Below are positions 26,640-40,836 of a stretch of 64,000 nt of DNA, in pieces. Below the pieces are notes generated by a model, which was given only the letters and a program-made list of their open reading frames with translations, did not search any database and was not told the DNA's origin. Position 1 is the stretch's first letter. Every line of letters begins with the position of its first letter. The translations under genes were made by a program, and so were the position numbers. This DNA comes from Octopus bimaculoides (lineage: Eukaryota), in the NCBI RefSeq assembly GCF_001194135.2, contig NC_068990.1, forward strand, positions 11,350,029 through 11,414,028, in the 5' to 3' direction.

Positions 26640-28060
26640 ACATGTTAGGCATTTAAGACTACCTGCTCAAAAGTATGTGAAGACTCATGAGTTTGGTTGC
26701 ATCAGAATAATTCTCATATCTGGCTGCCTGCCATAAATATATTATCATTTTGGATGAGTCTATGTTAAGTTTGAATATTGGAATGGTTTGTAAGTGGCTC
26801 ACATTTTAGTGAAGCCTTAGCTCCATCTGCCTATAAGCCATTGGTTTCCACCACCAGCATATATCTCTTGGGTATTCTCTGAATTCTGCACCTTCTTTGT
26901 TATATTTTCCTCCATTGATTTGTTTTGGAAATCCATCAGTTCCTTGTTGGAATTTCTGGAAACTGAAAATTTTGTGTTTCACCAGAAGATGAACTTTTCA
27001 GTTTTGTTTTCTTTCTAGAAAGTATTTGACTGTCCTTCTTTTGTGCACCAATTCTCAATGCTGACTTTTCTTCATTTCTACTGTTCCTGTTAGTCTGTCA
27101 CTATTCTCCATTCTCTTTTTTTTCTTCTCCTGATCGTAAGCTGATGAGGTATCACTAATTCAGAATGGGGGAAGTGAACATTAATCTTCAGCTTCTGATT
27201 CCGAGGACAAGACAAGTCATTCAGGCACATTTAAGGCTGCAATCAAAAATGTGATTAGTTATGTTGTTTAAGCAGAAGCCTCTGAGGTGTGCTGTTGTTT
27301 CTGTTGGCTTACCTGCTCTCTTTTGCTTGGCTTTTCTATTATTTCTTTTGGCCATGAAACACTCTGATGGCCCTTACCCACCTCGTCTGTAATAGTTGAG
27401 TGATATGTTTTTCACTGCTAATTTCTTACCCTTTCATTCTGCACTCTTGGTAGGGCAATACTTTGTTATTGCTCTGAGTTCTTTACAGGCCATTAGAATG
27501 TGCATTTTCAATGAGACTCCACCTAAACATATGTCATTCTTGACGACTTTGACACTCACTTCCTGACTATAATTCTGCATCAAAAATTTACCAACAAGCC
27601 AAGAATGAATATCATTATTAGTACCTTTGATTATGACCCTCATTAGAACTGCAGCCCCAGTGGGTAGGAGATGTTTGACAAACCATCTTCAGTTCAAAAA
27701 GTGAGGTACATGGTTCTATAACTTCCCTTGATCTGTAGATGAGATATCAACTTATTCTACTGGAAGAGCTTTCACTGATTGTACAGCTGAGGGTATGAGG
27801 AAATCAACTCCAGTTTCAGCAATACATCAATCGGTGACTTTCTATATTTCTCTTTCTTGGATATGGAAATATTTGGTAAAGATAATTGTATCTTTATTAA
27901 AAACTTTTCCCCTGCGAATGTTTTCTCAAACTAGTCCACTCATATTCAAAATTCACCAATCGTTAGCAGCACAGGAAAATATGAAACTGCTATATTTTTT
28001 AGCTGTTTTGTTCGTTTGGCAAAGAATGTGTTTCCATTTCTATATTGCTGTTATGCTGGA
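26640..28060 (-). mobile_element. Decayed L1/Tx1-like ORF1 remnant
   Basis: MYLTF*TED, then RVIIKGTNNDIHSWLVG, then GKGHQSVSWPK and a K/E-rich region. The motif order is the same as in the 54690-55560 copy. Confidence 0.45.
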
Positions 28061-30760
28061 TACTCTATCCTCCACCCCCATCCCATATTCTACATAGTTG
28101 AAACATAATTAATGTAACATAAAGCGTACAGCACTTTCTCTACACAATCAACCTCCGACACTAATGCTTATAACACCAATCACATAGAATACGTATGAAA
28201 TATAAATACCAGCCAACAAAATAATGCATCTCACATTGCCTATACTTTATACAACAGATGAAACACCAAAATAACATCAAAATCATCAAAACAAATCCTA
28301 TAACAAAGCAAACTTGATGTAGGATACAAACACAATCTGACATTCCCAAAAGACAGCATTGCACAAGTTCTTAAGGAACGTGGAATTGCATAAAACTGAT
28401 GAAAGCGTGATGGTGGTGGATGGTGGGGGGGGAAGCAGTTGTCATCGTGGTTGTCTTAGTTGTGGTGATGATGATGATGATGATGACGATGATGATGGTG
28501 ATGGTGAGGAGAAAAGAATAAGATTAGGATAAGTGGTAAAAGATAACAACAGAGAAAGAACTGGAAAGACGAGTAAAGAACACAAAGCTATCCAAGGGTA
28601 TGAAATGTCTGTTCTAACAATGTATCTTCTTTGTTACCGCTTTTCGAAAACCACTATAATAAAATTGTTAGCCTTTCTAATATCAATTTTTATCGCGCCT
28701 AAAGACAGATGGATATGATAATCAGGAAAAAATATTGTGATAAATGCTGGAAAGAGCAAAGGTCAGGATATAAAACCTAAACCACTAATCAAATTTTAGG
28801 CAGAAGTGAAAGGAAAAAAAAGTTATTTGGCTAAGGAAATCTGCCTTGTTGGAACTATAGATATATCATGCAGCATATCTCTGTGAGAGTTTCATATATA
28901 GCTTAGACCAAGTTGCTTCATATTATCTTACAACAAATCAGATATGAATGAAGGAAAGTATCAATACAAGCATGAATAGTTATTTAATACACAATTTATT
29001 GCATAATATTTTACTGGATATTTTATGCATTCAGCAGACATTATAAAACCTCATAGCTAAGTCAATAAAGACACGTTTTTTTCTTGTTGTTCTTTTATTT
29101 TTGTTATAATGCTGAAAAACAAAAATGGTATTAATACATTTCTTTTATGATTCTTATTTTCAATATATGCGTATGGAAAACAAAAATAATTGCGAAAGAA
29201 TAGAAATGTAAATATAAAGCAGCTACCGTGTGAAAGTATGAAAGATAAACACCCCAGTAAAACTTTTCACTAAAACTGCTATTTTATGTAATAAAATCTT
29301 GTATTGTCAGAATGGAAATTTTGGGTGAATACAGATTAAATAAATGAAATACAGATTGAGATTTCATAGAAATTTCACTGGAAAGCGAGAAAATTGAAAT
29401 CATTTTTACAACTAGCAGTTTCACTGGAAATTAAGTTAATCTATTTATTTATTTATTTTATTTTATTTATTTTTTTGTCAGAAATATTATAGCAAAAAAC
29501 ATCAAATGATGAAATGCAAATGTATTCCATTTGTTTAATAAGAAACAACTTTCATGAAAAGTGCAGCTGTAGATGACTGAGAAAATAGAAGCCAGTGAGA
29601 GAGCCTCTGTGTGATCCCTCAGCCTGCTAAAAATAGCAGCGAAACCTCATTAAATCACACAAAAGTCTCCAAAAATAAAGAGCGGGTTCATTGTCAATAT
29701 AATGTCTAATATCCAAAATGATAGGATGGTCATGGCTGGAACACCATTTACTATAAAACTGTTCAACCAAGGCTGACATAAGGCTAAACAACAACAACAG
29801 AGTGACTATGAGAGAAGAGATTTACTCAAGGGGTCAGTGATTAATATGTTTTCAAGCATTAAGGCAGCAAGCTGACAGAATTGTAGGTATAGCGGTATTT
29901 TGTCTTTTATATTCTGAGTTCAAATCCCACTAAGGTTGTCTTCACTTTCTATCCTTTCAGGGTCAATAAGATAAACACCAGCTAAGCACTGGGGCTGATA
30001 TAACTAACTTAGCCCCTTCCCTGAAACTGCTGGCCTTGTGCCAAAATTTGAGATTAATATCTTGGTCAAGCATTCACATTGAGGTCAAGAAGATCTCAAC
30101 TGTTCATCCCTCCAAGTAAATACAAAACAGATATTGAGAACTTATAAGCCCACCAATGCAAATGACAGCTGAAAGCTTACATGTCTAACTCAACTTACTG
30201 AAAATGGCAGCTAAATTATTCCATGCAGTTTTAAATTAGGAAGGACACAATGGAGTTGTGACTATACAAACCTGGAAGAAGAAAGAATTATTATGGCTGG
30301 TATGCCTTACATCATATGTCTGTTAGATGAAGGTTAACCTGAATCTAAACAAAAACCAACATTACTATGAACTACAAAAGGAGTTCTATGCAGTTCTTGT
30401 TCTACTAGAAATATCTTCTGAATCATCCTCAAATCACTCTATGTGATCTTAAGAAGAGAAGGGCACTTTGATCTTTTACTTGTTTTAGTCATTAGACTGC
30501 GGCGATACTGGGGTACTGCCTTGAAGAATTTTTAATTCAATCAATCAACCCCAGAACTTATTTTCTTTTCTAAGCCTGGTTCTAATTCTATTAGTCGCTT
30601 TTGCTGAACTGCTAAGTTATGGGGGCATAAACACACCAACACTGGTTGTCAAGCAGTGGTGATCCACACATGTACACACACACATGCACACAAGTAGCTA
30701 AATAAATGCAAAACAAGGTGGAAAAAATAGTACTCAAATACCAAAGGTAGAGTAATATGC

Positions 30761-30907
30761 TTTTATTAAAGCTGCAAAATTAACTCAAAATGTTACTCAG
30801 AGTTTCATGTTTCTGTTCGTCAGATAGTTGTGATGAAAACTGTCCAATGAATGAGAACGTGAAACTCTGAGTAACTACTTGGAGAAAATTTTGCAGTTTT
30901 AATAAAA
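30761..30907. mobile_element. ~147-bp palindromic element with ~70-bp arms, each arm carrying a decayed hammerhead; probably an inverted PLE terminus
   Basis: Left arm TTTTATTAAAGCTGCAAAATT...GTTACTCAGAGTTTCA...AGATAGTT pairs with the right arm AACTGTCC...TGAAACTCTGAGTAAC...AATTTTGCAGTTTTAATAAAA. The loop is GTGATGAA. Confidence 0.75.
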
Positions 30908-31120
30908 GTGTACTTATATACACACACATACATATATATATATATATATGAAATAGAAATCTCTGCAACATCTCAGGAGCTCCATAGAACCCAACCACAT
31001 ACAATGAGACACTTTTAAATGTACTTACTATAAATGTCACACTTTTGCTTACAACAACACTGCAACCATAAATGAAGCACAGTGCTACATCACACAAATG
31101 CTTTTCTTCAACTCTGTTAA

Positions 31121-31340
31121 CTCTTCAGCATTTAAACTGGCCATATTTGGTCCAGATATTCTAATTGTTTTACGTTCAAACCAACCAGATCTGGCCTGTC
31201 ACACCTACTCAACACCATCGTTTTAAAAATAAGCAATTGCATCATTGAAATCTCAAAGCTTCGATATAAGGCATGGTTAATTTAAAACAATGTAGATAAA
31301 CCAGCATTACATTTGGGAGAGTAATATGGATGCTAAAAGG
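31121..31340. mobile_element. piggyBac-type (TTAA) MITE, 220 bp
   Basis: TTAA|CTCTTCAGCATT ... GATGCTAAAAGG|TTGA. A same-length copy is at 32377-32596, with partial copies at 38510-38665 and 40345-40505. Confidence 0.7.
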
Positions 31341-32376
31341 TTGATATTAATGTTGCTTTTTTAGTGCTCTTTACATCGGTATAGTGAGTCACCACTCCAT
31401 ATATAACCTTAGCAAAGGCATCCATATTATTCTAGTATGTATGACAGGCTGCCCGTCACCACCACCACCACCACCACCACCACCACCTCCAACAACAACA
31501 ACAACAACAACATAATGGGGATAATCTGTTACCTACTTATTGGTGGCTGTAGGAAATGGAAGAAAAATGTATGACATTCAGGCTCAGAACCATGGCACCA
31601 ATGTGTTGAAATGAACATTTTCCCTTTTATTCTTTCACTCCCTCTTTGTACAGTAATCCCTGTATTATCCTTTAGCTTTCCCCTCACTTTAACTTTCCTT
31701 TCATCTCACTCTTGCTCTCTTTCTATTCTTTTTGTTTACCTTTTTTCCCCTTTCTCTCTCTCTCTCTCTCACTCACTATGTCCTGCATATGCATGCTTGT
31801 TCATGTTGCTCTTACGTTTGCTATTGGATGCTGTTAGTTACTTTAATATAAGAGGAAGTAAAACTATTCATTTCATCCCTTTTTTGACTCCTCTGTCATC
31901 TCAACCCTGGAGAAGAACTTTGTCTGAAGCTTAGGAAATTCCATTCCCCTTAGCAATATATTACTTTATTCTTTCTACAACATTTTCCAATAAATGCCGT
32001 TGTATCCACTGGAAATTTATTCTTCATTCACTTAATGATAAAGAAATGGAAGCTGGACACCTTCTGCATAAATCAGGAAGCATTATTGAGAAATACAGTT
32101 CTGTATGATGGCAAGTAGCAACAATTCTGTAAATTAAATAATAATAATTTCAGATATAAGCACAAAGCCAGATGCTTAATGGGTGACAACAATTAGTTAC
32201 ACCAACCTCAGTATTTAACTGGTACTTTATTTTACTAGTGTTCAAAGACTGAAAAGTAAAGGTGACCACAGCAGGTTTGGAAGTCTGAATGTAACAAACT
32301 GGAACAAATACCACAAGGTATTTTGCCTGATGCTCTATTGATTCTGCAAGGCCATTGACCTGTATCTGTAATGAAA

Positions 32377-32596
32377 CCCTTCTGTGTTTAAATTGGCCAT
32401 ATCCAGCCCAATTATTCTACCTGTTTTACATTCAAACCAGCCAGATCTGGCATTTCACGCCTACCCTATAATGTCATTCTAAAAATAAACAATTTGCATC
32501 ATTGAAATCTTATAGCTACGAGATAATGCCTGATTAACTCAAAACAATGTGGATAAATAAGGATTACATTTGGCAGAGTAATCTGAATGTTAAAGG
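32377..32596. mobile_element. piggyBac-type MITE, second copy
   Basis: Collinear with 31121-31340 (CCAGATCTGG, CACACCTAC/CACGCCTAC, CATCATTGAAATCT, CATTACATTTGG). Confidence 0.7.
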
Positions 32597-32723
32597 TAGT
32601 GGTCTGAGAACAAAATTTACTTAGTGGGTTCTAATCTAGGTTCAATTTTTTTTTCTTGTGCAAAATGTGGATTTTTTTCAATGTTAATATTAAAACAAGT
32701 GAAGGTATAATAATAATTATTAT

Positions 32724-33190
32724 TACGAGGATTGGCTGAAATGTTCATAGGCTAAGCAAGATACTCGCATGGAATCTGACTGAAAGAAGTTCATTTTTTA
32801 ACATAGTTTCTCTTACTGTCCACACATTTCCATTAGTGCTTTGATCGTACTGGTGAAGAAAGTATCCTGTTGGTCAAAATGATCATGAACAACAGATAAG
32901 ACGTCATCCTCACAGTGATACTAGGGCCCAGCCAAGTGTTTTTCATGTTGGGAAATAAAGGACAATCAGATGAAACAAAATCACTGACATCGGGAGTGTG
33001 ATCAACCAGTTCAAAGCCAGTCATGCATAGCAACCATTGAAACCAAGGACCTGCGTGTTGAACCTTATTTCTGGGTGCTTGGTCTTCAGAGCCTTTCCTA
33101 ACCATCAATGGAAAGTTGGCATTGAACTTTCCATTCACGGTGTGATCATTCTGAAGATAGTCAATAGACAATATTTTTTGCATTAATGTA
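32724..33190 (-). mobile_element. mariner transposase C-terminal remnant with right TIR
   Basis: ILSIDYLQNDHTVNG (typical ..IDYL.KG.TING) and GFELVDHTPDVSDFVSSDCPLFPNMK (decayed HPPYSPDLAPSD..LF). TA|CGAGGATTGGCTGAAATGTTCATAGGCT terminus at 32724-32753. Confidence 0.85.
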
Positions 33191-34059
33191 TAGTATATGT
33201 AATAATGTGAAGTATATTTTATATATTGAAATGTTTAATTTCGGAAATATATCAAGTGAAGCAAACATAAGCAGTATAAATACAAATTGCAACTATTTCA
33301 AAATGTGGGACACTACATGACATAAAAACTAACAAAAAAGGAAGAAAATAGAAAATAGTGGTGCTTGTGTTTCAAAAGTATAATGAGAGGGCTCAGGAAT
33401 AGGTTGGAGATATGGGATAGAAGAGAAGAAAGATAGAAAGAAAGAAAAGAATGAAAAATGAAAAGATAAGCTGGGGGTCTGAAGTGAATGCTTGGCAGGA
33501 GATGAAACAGAATACATGTCTAACTTATGCACTGGTCAAGTAGAAAAAGGATGAGGGATAAAAAATTGGATGGTTTTTTGGTACCAGAAAGTGAAGAAAG
33601 AGAGACAGAGTAGAGTAGAAAATGTTGGGGTAGAACAAGTACAAAGAAAGAGAGAGTGTGGAGGAAAATAAGTCCTATATATATATATATATGTTTGTGT
33701 GTCTGTTTGTCCCCCAGCATCGCTTGACAACCGATGCTGGTGTGTTTACGTCCCCATTACGTAGCGGTTCAGTAAAAGAGACCGATAGCATAAGTACTAG
33801 GCTTACAAAGAATAAGCTCTGGGGTCAATTTTTTCGACTGTAATGATGGTGCTCCAGCATGGCCGCGATCAAATGACTGAAACAAGTAAAAGAGTAAAAG
33901 AGTAAAGATTTTGGACTTTTTTAAAATTCATTTTTGTCCTTTGCTCTTGTTTTGAGAAGAAACCTAACTTCAAGCAACTTTTTACAGGTAAATTTGTAGA
34001 CCCTATTTTCTAAACCCGGCAAGGTATGTAGGGGATGCAAATTTTGATTTTTGCACCCT

Positions 34060-34475
34060 TACTGTTTTACTCTTTTACTTGTTTCAGCCATTTGACTGTG
34101 GCCATGCTGGAGCACCACCTTTAGTCGAGTAAATTGATCCCCAGGACTTATTCTTTGTAAGCCTAGTGTTTATTCTATCGGTCTCTTTTGCTGCACTGCT
34201 AAGTTACGGGGACGTAAACACACCAGCATCAGTTGTCAAGCGATGTTGGGGGGGGGGGACAAACACAGACGCACAAACATATACACACACATACATATAT
34301 ATATACATATATAGGGCGGGCTTCTTTCAGTTTCCGTCTACCAAATCCACTGACAAGGCTTTGGTCAGCCCGAGGCTATAGTAGAAGACACTTGCCCAAG
34401 GTGTCACGCTGTGGGATTGAACCCATAACCATGTGGTTGGTAAGCAAGCTACTTACCACACAGCCACTCCTGCGC
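34060..34475 (-). mobile_element. Full-length bipartite SINE, relatively young
   Basis: The head ends CCACACAGCCACTCCTGCGCC (A-box TGGCTGTGTGG), followed by an internal (CA)/(TA) tract and a tail ending in TACTCTTTTAC repeats. Confidence 0.85.
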
Positions 34476-35461
34476 CTTAAAAGTTTTAGGCAGTGCAAGC
34501 ACCCTCTGTTCCTGGGTCGTTGGCTAAAGAGTTAAATAATGTTTCAACAACTTTTATTTCAACTCTTTCCATAAGTGCAATTTGGATAAAAATGGTGTGG
34601 CGGAAGTCCTACAGACTGGTTTTCGATACATTGCATAGAGATGAGGATTTTAGTTCTGCTCTATCTCTGTCCTTGAACTGAGAAGCAAAAGAATGCAAAG
34701 GTAAGGAGAGCAGACAAATTTTTGAGAAGAATAAACATTTGGTTGCAAATGAGAAATGTTCAGATTCATGAAAAATTACACAAAACAAAATAAATGTTAG
34801 AGGAAGTGAGGTCAAAAGACTAGCGAACTGGCAAATGAAAGTGAGAAGAATATCTCATAAGTAGCATCTTCTTTTCGTTTTAGTCTTTCCTTACCTAGTT
34901 ATAACTCATTGTTCTTCAATATATCATCATTGCAAACTATTGTTTATCTTATTCAAAAAGCTACTGTTAAGGTCTTCAGGAAAATGTTGAATTATGTTTA
35001 TTTTCCATTCTCCTGAATTGTAAGATATCTTTCACCATAATCAAAACTTTCTCTGTAAAATATTGATTCTTGTCTTAGAAAACACAGTATTGTATAATTC
35101 ATTTATTTCCTTATCTATTAGATTTAGATTTGAGTGCTCCCACCTCATTTGTCCATTTTCTGAAAGAATTTCAAAAATATGTCTTCTAAGTAATTGTATA
35201 ATATTGACCAACAAATTCTCTATGCTTGACCATTTTTCCTGTGTTAGATTACAAAAGGGAAGACTAATGACAATTATAATACATAAATATGTTTGGCTAT
35301 CTGACAATATATATATATTCAATATAGAAACAAGACATGAATAGCGAAAACCATGATAGCTTTATGGCTAATTTTTTTCCTCTGTTGTGTTTTTATTGCA
35401 GTGATTTCACTTATGTTCTATCTTAATGTAACAATATACATACTTACACATCTACATATAT

Positions 35462-35593
<132 letters not shown>

Positions 35594-36399
35594 CATATTT
35601 TATACTACCAGGCTAATAAATCATATATACAAAGTTAGTGAGTTTATTTAATAAATGTCACTCTGATAGTGTAATAAGTAACATTTACAATATTAGTTAG
35701 TCTAAAAAGTTCACTTAAAATATTAATCTAAAATGTTTCTATTTACAATAATCTGATAAATCTTAACCTTGTATTGATTTTTTTTTAACTTATGGTCAAC
35801 AAGGATAGTTTTTGTAGAAAAAGTGTAATGTATGCCTAGGTTATCAGATCTGAGACTGAGGAAACGTAATGTTAGAATTGGTATTGTTTTTAATGTAGAT
35901 TGCTGAGAGTATTATTGCGAATAGGAGTGACCAAAATGGGTTCCTTCAAAGTTTCTCTGGAGTATTGTTATCCCAGAGATCCTTCACTGGCTTTGAGGTT
36001 AGGAAGTGTCTCCAGGGCAAGATACTGCTTCCCCACATTGAGAAGTCACGGTTCTGGTACTACAGTCATGTGATTAGAAAGATGTGGGATTCTTCTGGTC
36101 CAGTGATGGCTTTTCTCTGTGGGAAGCGAAGGACTTAACTGATTAAGCAAGTAGTGTGAAGGTATGGACTGGTAGTTAGGCTTTTAAACATATGATCATA
36201 GGGTTGTAGGTTCAGTTTCTGAATCAGAAGGTAGTTTGGGTTCCCTATGCATGGCACTTCATTTCATGAAGTCCCAGTTAAACCACTCCAAAAATGAGGT
36301 GCATCTCCTGCAGTGTAGTGGCACATCACAGGCTATCAGCCCTGACTTGTGCAAATGCAAGATATCAGTGGCCCTTGTTGGATACAGTGACAATGGGTG

Positions 36400-37105
36400 A
36401 TGAAGAGGAGGAGGAGAAGGATGATGATGATGATGATGATGATGACGACGACGATGATGGTGGCAGTGGCAATGATGGTCAATTTGGTGGTCTTGGTAGT
36501 GGTCATGGTGATGGTGATGGTGATGATAATATTGATGGTGGTAATGGTAATGACGATGGTGGTGGTAGTGGTGGTGGTAGTGGTGGTGGTAGTGGTGGTG
36601 GTAGTGGCGGTGGTAGTGGTAGTAGTAGTGGTGGTGGTGGTGGTGNNNNNNNNNNNNNNNNNNNNNNNNNNNNNNNNNNNNNNNNNNNNNNNNNNNNNNN
36701 NNNNNNNNNNNNNNNNNNNNNNNNNNNNNNNNNNNNNNNNNNNNNNNNNNNNNNNNNNNNNNNNNNNNNNNNNNNNNNNNNNNNNNNNNNNNNNNNNNNN
36801 NNNNNNNNNNNNNNNNNNNNNNNNNNNNNNNNNNNNNNNNNNNNNNNNNNNNNNNNNNNNNNNNNNNNNNNNNNNNNNNNNNNNNNNNNNNNNNNNNNNN
36901 NNNNNNNNNNNNNNNNNNNNNNNNNNNNNNNNNNNNNNNNNNNNNNNNNNNNNNNNNNNNNNNNNNNNNNNNNNNNNNNTGGTGGTGGTAGTGGTGGTGG
37001 TAGTGGCGGTGGTAGTGGTGGTGGTGCTGGTGGTGCTGGTGGTGGTGTTGGTGGTGCTGGTGCTGCTGGTGCTGCTGGTGGTGCTGGTGGTGGTTGTGGT
37101 GTTGG
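36400..37105. repeat. (GAT)/(GGT)/(GGTGGTGGTAGT) compound repeat spanning an N gap
   Basis: Directly visible. It is the source of the poly-G and poly-V ORFs. Confidence 0.95.
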
Positions 37106-37967
37106 TAGACAGATATTAAGAGAAATCGTTTTTAACTTAATGGATAAATATACTTTCTACTCAAGTAGGAAGGGTTGTTGTACTTGAACATGGTTCAGGA
37201 CTCTCCAAACCTCACACTGGTCTCAGTGATAATGAGATCCCACACTTATATTATATTAAAATCTGGTGGTTGAAAATCAAAATCAGAGAGAAGTAATTAT
37301 TCTCTTGTGAAAAAGACAGGATGAAACAAATTGCTTTATAACATTATTAATTGTAAGAAAGACATAGTCACATGACGAAAATTATTAATCATAAGACAAC
37401 ATGATATAAATAGTGTGGCCATATTTTGCTGTCTATTTGTTTGTTTGTTTGTTAGTAGTAGTGGCAGTAGTAGTAGTAGTAGTAGTGGCAGTAGCTGCAG
37501 AAGCAGCAGCAGCAGCAGTGGTAGTAGTAGAAGAAGTAGTAGTAGTAGTAGTAGGTTGTTGCTGCTGTTGTTTAACCACAGGTTAATCTCAAACAAGCAA
37601 ACCTAATGAAAAGCATTACAGCCTTGATCAGCCCATTCTTTATTTCAGTGTGTTGCATACCAAGGACTACATTATCAAATGTGTTTGTTTCTATTTCCAA
37701 TACAATAAAGTAGGATTTGAGTGAGATATATTGACTATTTCTAGCAAGCCAAGCCACCATGTATAGATTCCTTCATCAATGAGATGTGAATAACAATAGT
37801 CATGCTATAGCAATGAAATGTTACTGTGGTGCACATAAGGTAAATATGTATGGAACCAGTGAGTTAAATAACAGAAATGGAATAGCAATATGTTAAGAAT
37901 TGAGTGAATTGTTTACATCTTGTTCAACCATAATCTTACATTCCTATGATCTAAGATAAGCATTCTT

Positions 37968-38223
37968 TTATTCTTTTATTCTTTTATTAGTTTCAGTCAT
38001 ATGACTTCGACCATGCAGGTGCACCGTCTTTAGTCAAACGAATCGACCCCAGGACTTATTCTTTTTAAGCCTTATACTTATTCTATTGGTCTCTTTTGCC
38101 GAACTTCTAAGTTATGGCATTGTAAACACACCAACATTGGTGCGATGGTGGGGGACACACAAACATATATATATATATATATCCCTTCTTGGGATTGTCA
38201 CATTAAGTTGACAATACACTACA

Positions 38224-38273
<50 letters not shown>

Positions 38274-38307
38274 TGGGATTGTCACATTAAGTTGACAATA
38301 CACTACA

Positions 38308-38350
<43 letters not shown>

Positions 38351-38500
38351 GACAGGCTTCTTTCAGTTTCCGTCTACCAAATCCACTCACAAGGTTTTGA
38401 TCAGCCCGAGGCTATAGTAGAAGACACTTGCCCAAGGTGCCACGCAGTTGGACTGAACCCAGAACCATGTGGTTGGTAAGCAAGCTACTTACCACACAGT
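37968..38500 (-). mobile_element. Bipartite SINE with a duplicated 46-bp cassette in its (TA)n
   Basis: Head and tail modules are present. The cassette lies at 38183-38228 and 38267-38312. Confidence 0.85.
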
Positions 38501-38689
38501 CAATCCTATACATTATCTTGTAGCTTCAAGATTTTGATGACGTGATAGTTTATTTTTAAAATGACATTGTAGGGTAGGTGTAAGATGTAGAATCTGGCTG
38601 GTTTGAAAATAAAACAAGTGGAATATTTTGACCAGATATGGCTGGTTTAAGTGCAAAAGTGTTAAAGCAACAACCTTTTGATTTTCTAT

Positions 38690-39115
38690 CATTTACTTGT
38701 TTCTGTTATTCGACTGTGGCCATGCTGGGGCACCACCTTGAAGAAATTGTAGTCAGATGAATCAACCCCAGCACTTATTTTTCTTTTTCAGCTTGGTACT
38801 TACTCTATCAGTTTCTTTTGCCGAACCGCTAAGTTACAGGGACATAAACACACCAGTACCGGTTATCAAGCGGTGGTGGGTGGACAAACAAACACACACA
38901 CACACACACACATACACATACACATGCACACACACTCTCATGCATACACACATATATATGATGGGCTTTTTTCAGTTTCCATCTACCAAATCCACTCACA
39001 AGGCTTTGGTTGACCCAAGCTTAGTTGAAGACACTTGCCCAAGGTGCCAAGCAGTGAGACTGAACCCAGAACCATGTGGTTGGGAAGCACACTTCTCACT
39101 ACACACAGCCACACC
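38690..39115 (-). mobile_element. Bipartite SINE copy
   Basis: Same head and tail modules, with an internal (CA)n. Confidence 0.8.
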
Positions 39116-40750
39116 GCCACCTGTAACAGACAATGATTTTGTTGACATTTTTAGTACATAGAACGCTTTTGTGTCGCTATTTTTTCCTTCAGTCACTGAG
39201 TGCAGTTGTATTAAAATAAGTTGATAAATATATGCTATAGATAGTTGGTCATGTGATTATGTAATGAAAGGGGATAGTCATGTCAGTATGCAATGACAGA
39301 GGACAGTCACATGATCGATTGTCATAATATGACAATTGATCAGGTATTTTTCTTCTTTTTCAATATCATACTTTAGAAACCATATTAATGTGGAGATGTT
39401 TTTGTGCATTTTCATTTATTTTACTTCATTCATACAAATTCAAATAAATGTAATTAATTGTTTCAAACACTAAATATTTGTAATAGTATTTCCTGCTCAT
39501 TTTTTCATTCCATTTATATTCTCAAAGAGTCTTATGCCATGTGATTCATCATAGCCAAAAGGTTTCTGGTTTCTAATGAGGGTCACTTCCTCTTACTCTA
39601 AAGTATGAATACACATTTCCATAGGGGATTTGAACTCACAACTACACAATAATATATATCACTTCTTCATTTGACAATGTTTCCTCTATTTGCAGTATTG
39701 ATTGTTATTGCTGTTGCAGTCATCACGACCATTGTCATCACCTTCATTGTCATCACTATTGGTTAGCACAAGAATAGCCCTGAAAGTATGGAGGCAGGTA
39801 GTGGAACAACTTGACATAATCCACAGATCCATAGATCCATTGTTGTAAATAAACTACAATAATCCTATCATGTGCACTCTAGCTCTAACAGTTTACCATA
39901 CAAGGGAGCTATGTAGAATTTCAGATACATTACTGCTTTTTCTTCACTGATTCAGGTGAGGTGATTCACTAGATTCAGGTAAGGACTTCAATAGATGGTA
40001 ACTGGTAAAGGGGATTTGATCAAAACATAACAGTTGTTGCTTTTTAATGTTTATCTCATACTCTGTTGATTTGCCTCTCTGTGTTCTATTCTTGGCCCCA
40101 GTTACCCTCTGTTTACTCTTAAATTAGCCCTGATCAAGTAGACCTATGATGAAAGGTATCCCAGTTGTGACCATCTTATCTTTTTACATATGAATAACTA
40201 AAATAATTATCATGTCCTTCTTTCTTCTAAGAAGGTAGGATGTAATTTGAGGGCAGTTTCGCTGTTATTTCTAGTAGATTGAGCAAGCATATTGAGATTC
40301 CTTCGTTGGCTTATTCACATCTTCGTGATAGGCATAGCATCCTTAAAGTCAGGGCCTCTCACACCTATCCTACAATGTCATTCCAAAAATATACTATCAT
40401 GTGACTGAAATTTTTGAAGTTATGAGATCATACAGATTAAATTCAAAATGATGTGAATTAATAAACATTATGTTTGATAAAGTGATCTGAATACAAAAGT
40501 ATTAAAGTGATCGCAATTAAAACATCCATCAAAATTCCATCTTAATTTATCTTTTTATCTTTCACTTGTTTCACTCATTATACTGTGGCATAACCATGAA
40601 GAATTTTAGCTGCATGAATCGACCCCTGTACTTTTTATTTAAGCCTAGTACTTATTCTATTGGTCTCTTTTGCTGAATCGCTAAGCTATGTGGATGTAAA
40701 CAAACCAATACTGGTTACCAAGCAGTGGTGGGGGGAAACATAAACACTCA

Positions 40751-40786
<36 letters not shown>

Positions 40787-40796
40787 NNNNNNNNNN

Positions 40797-40836
<40 letters not shown>

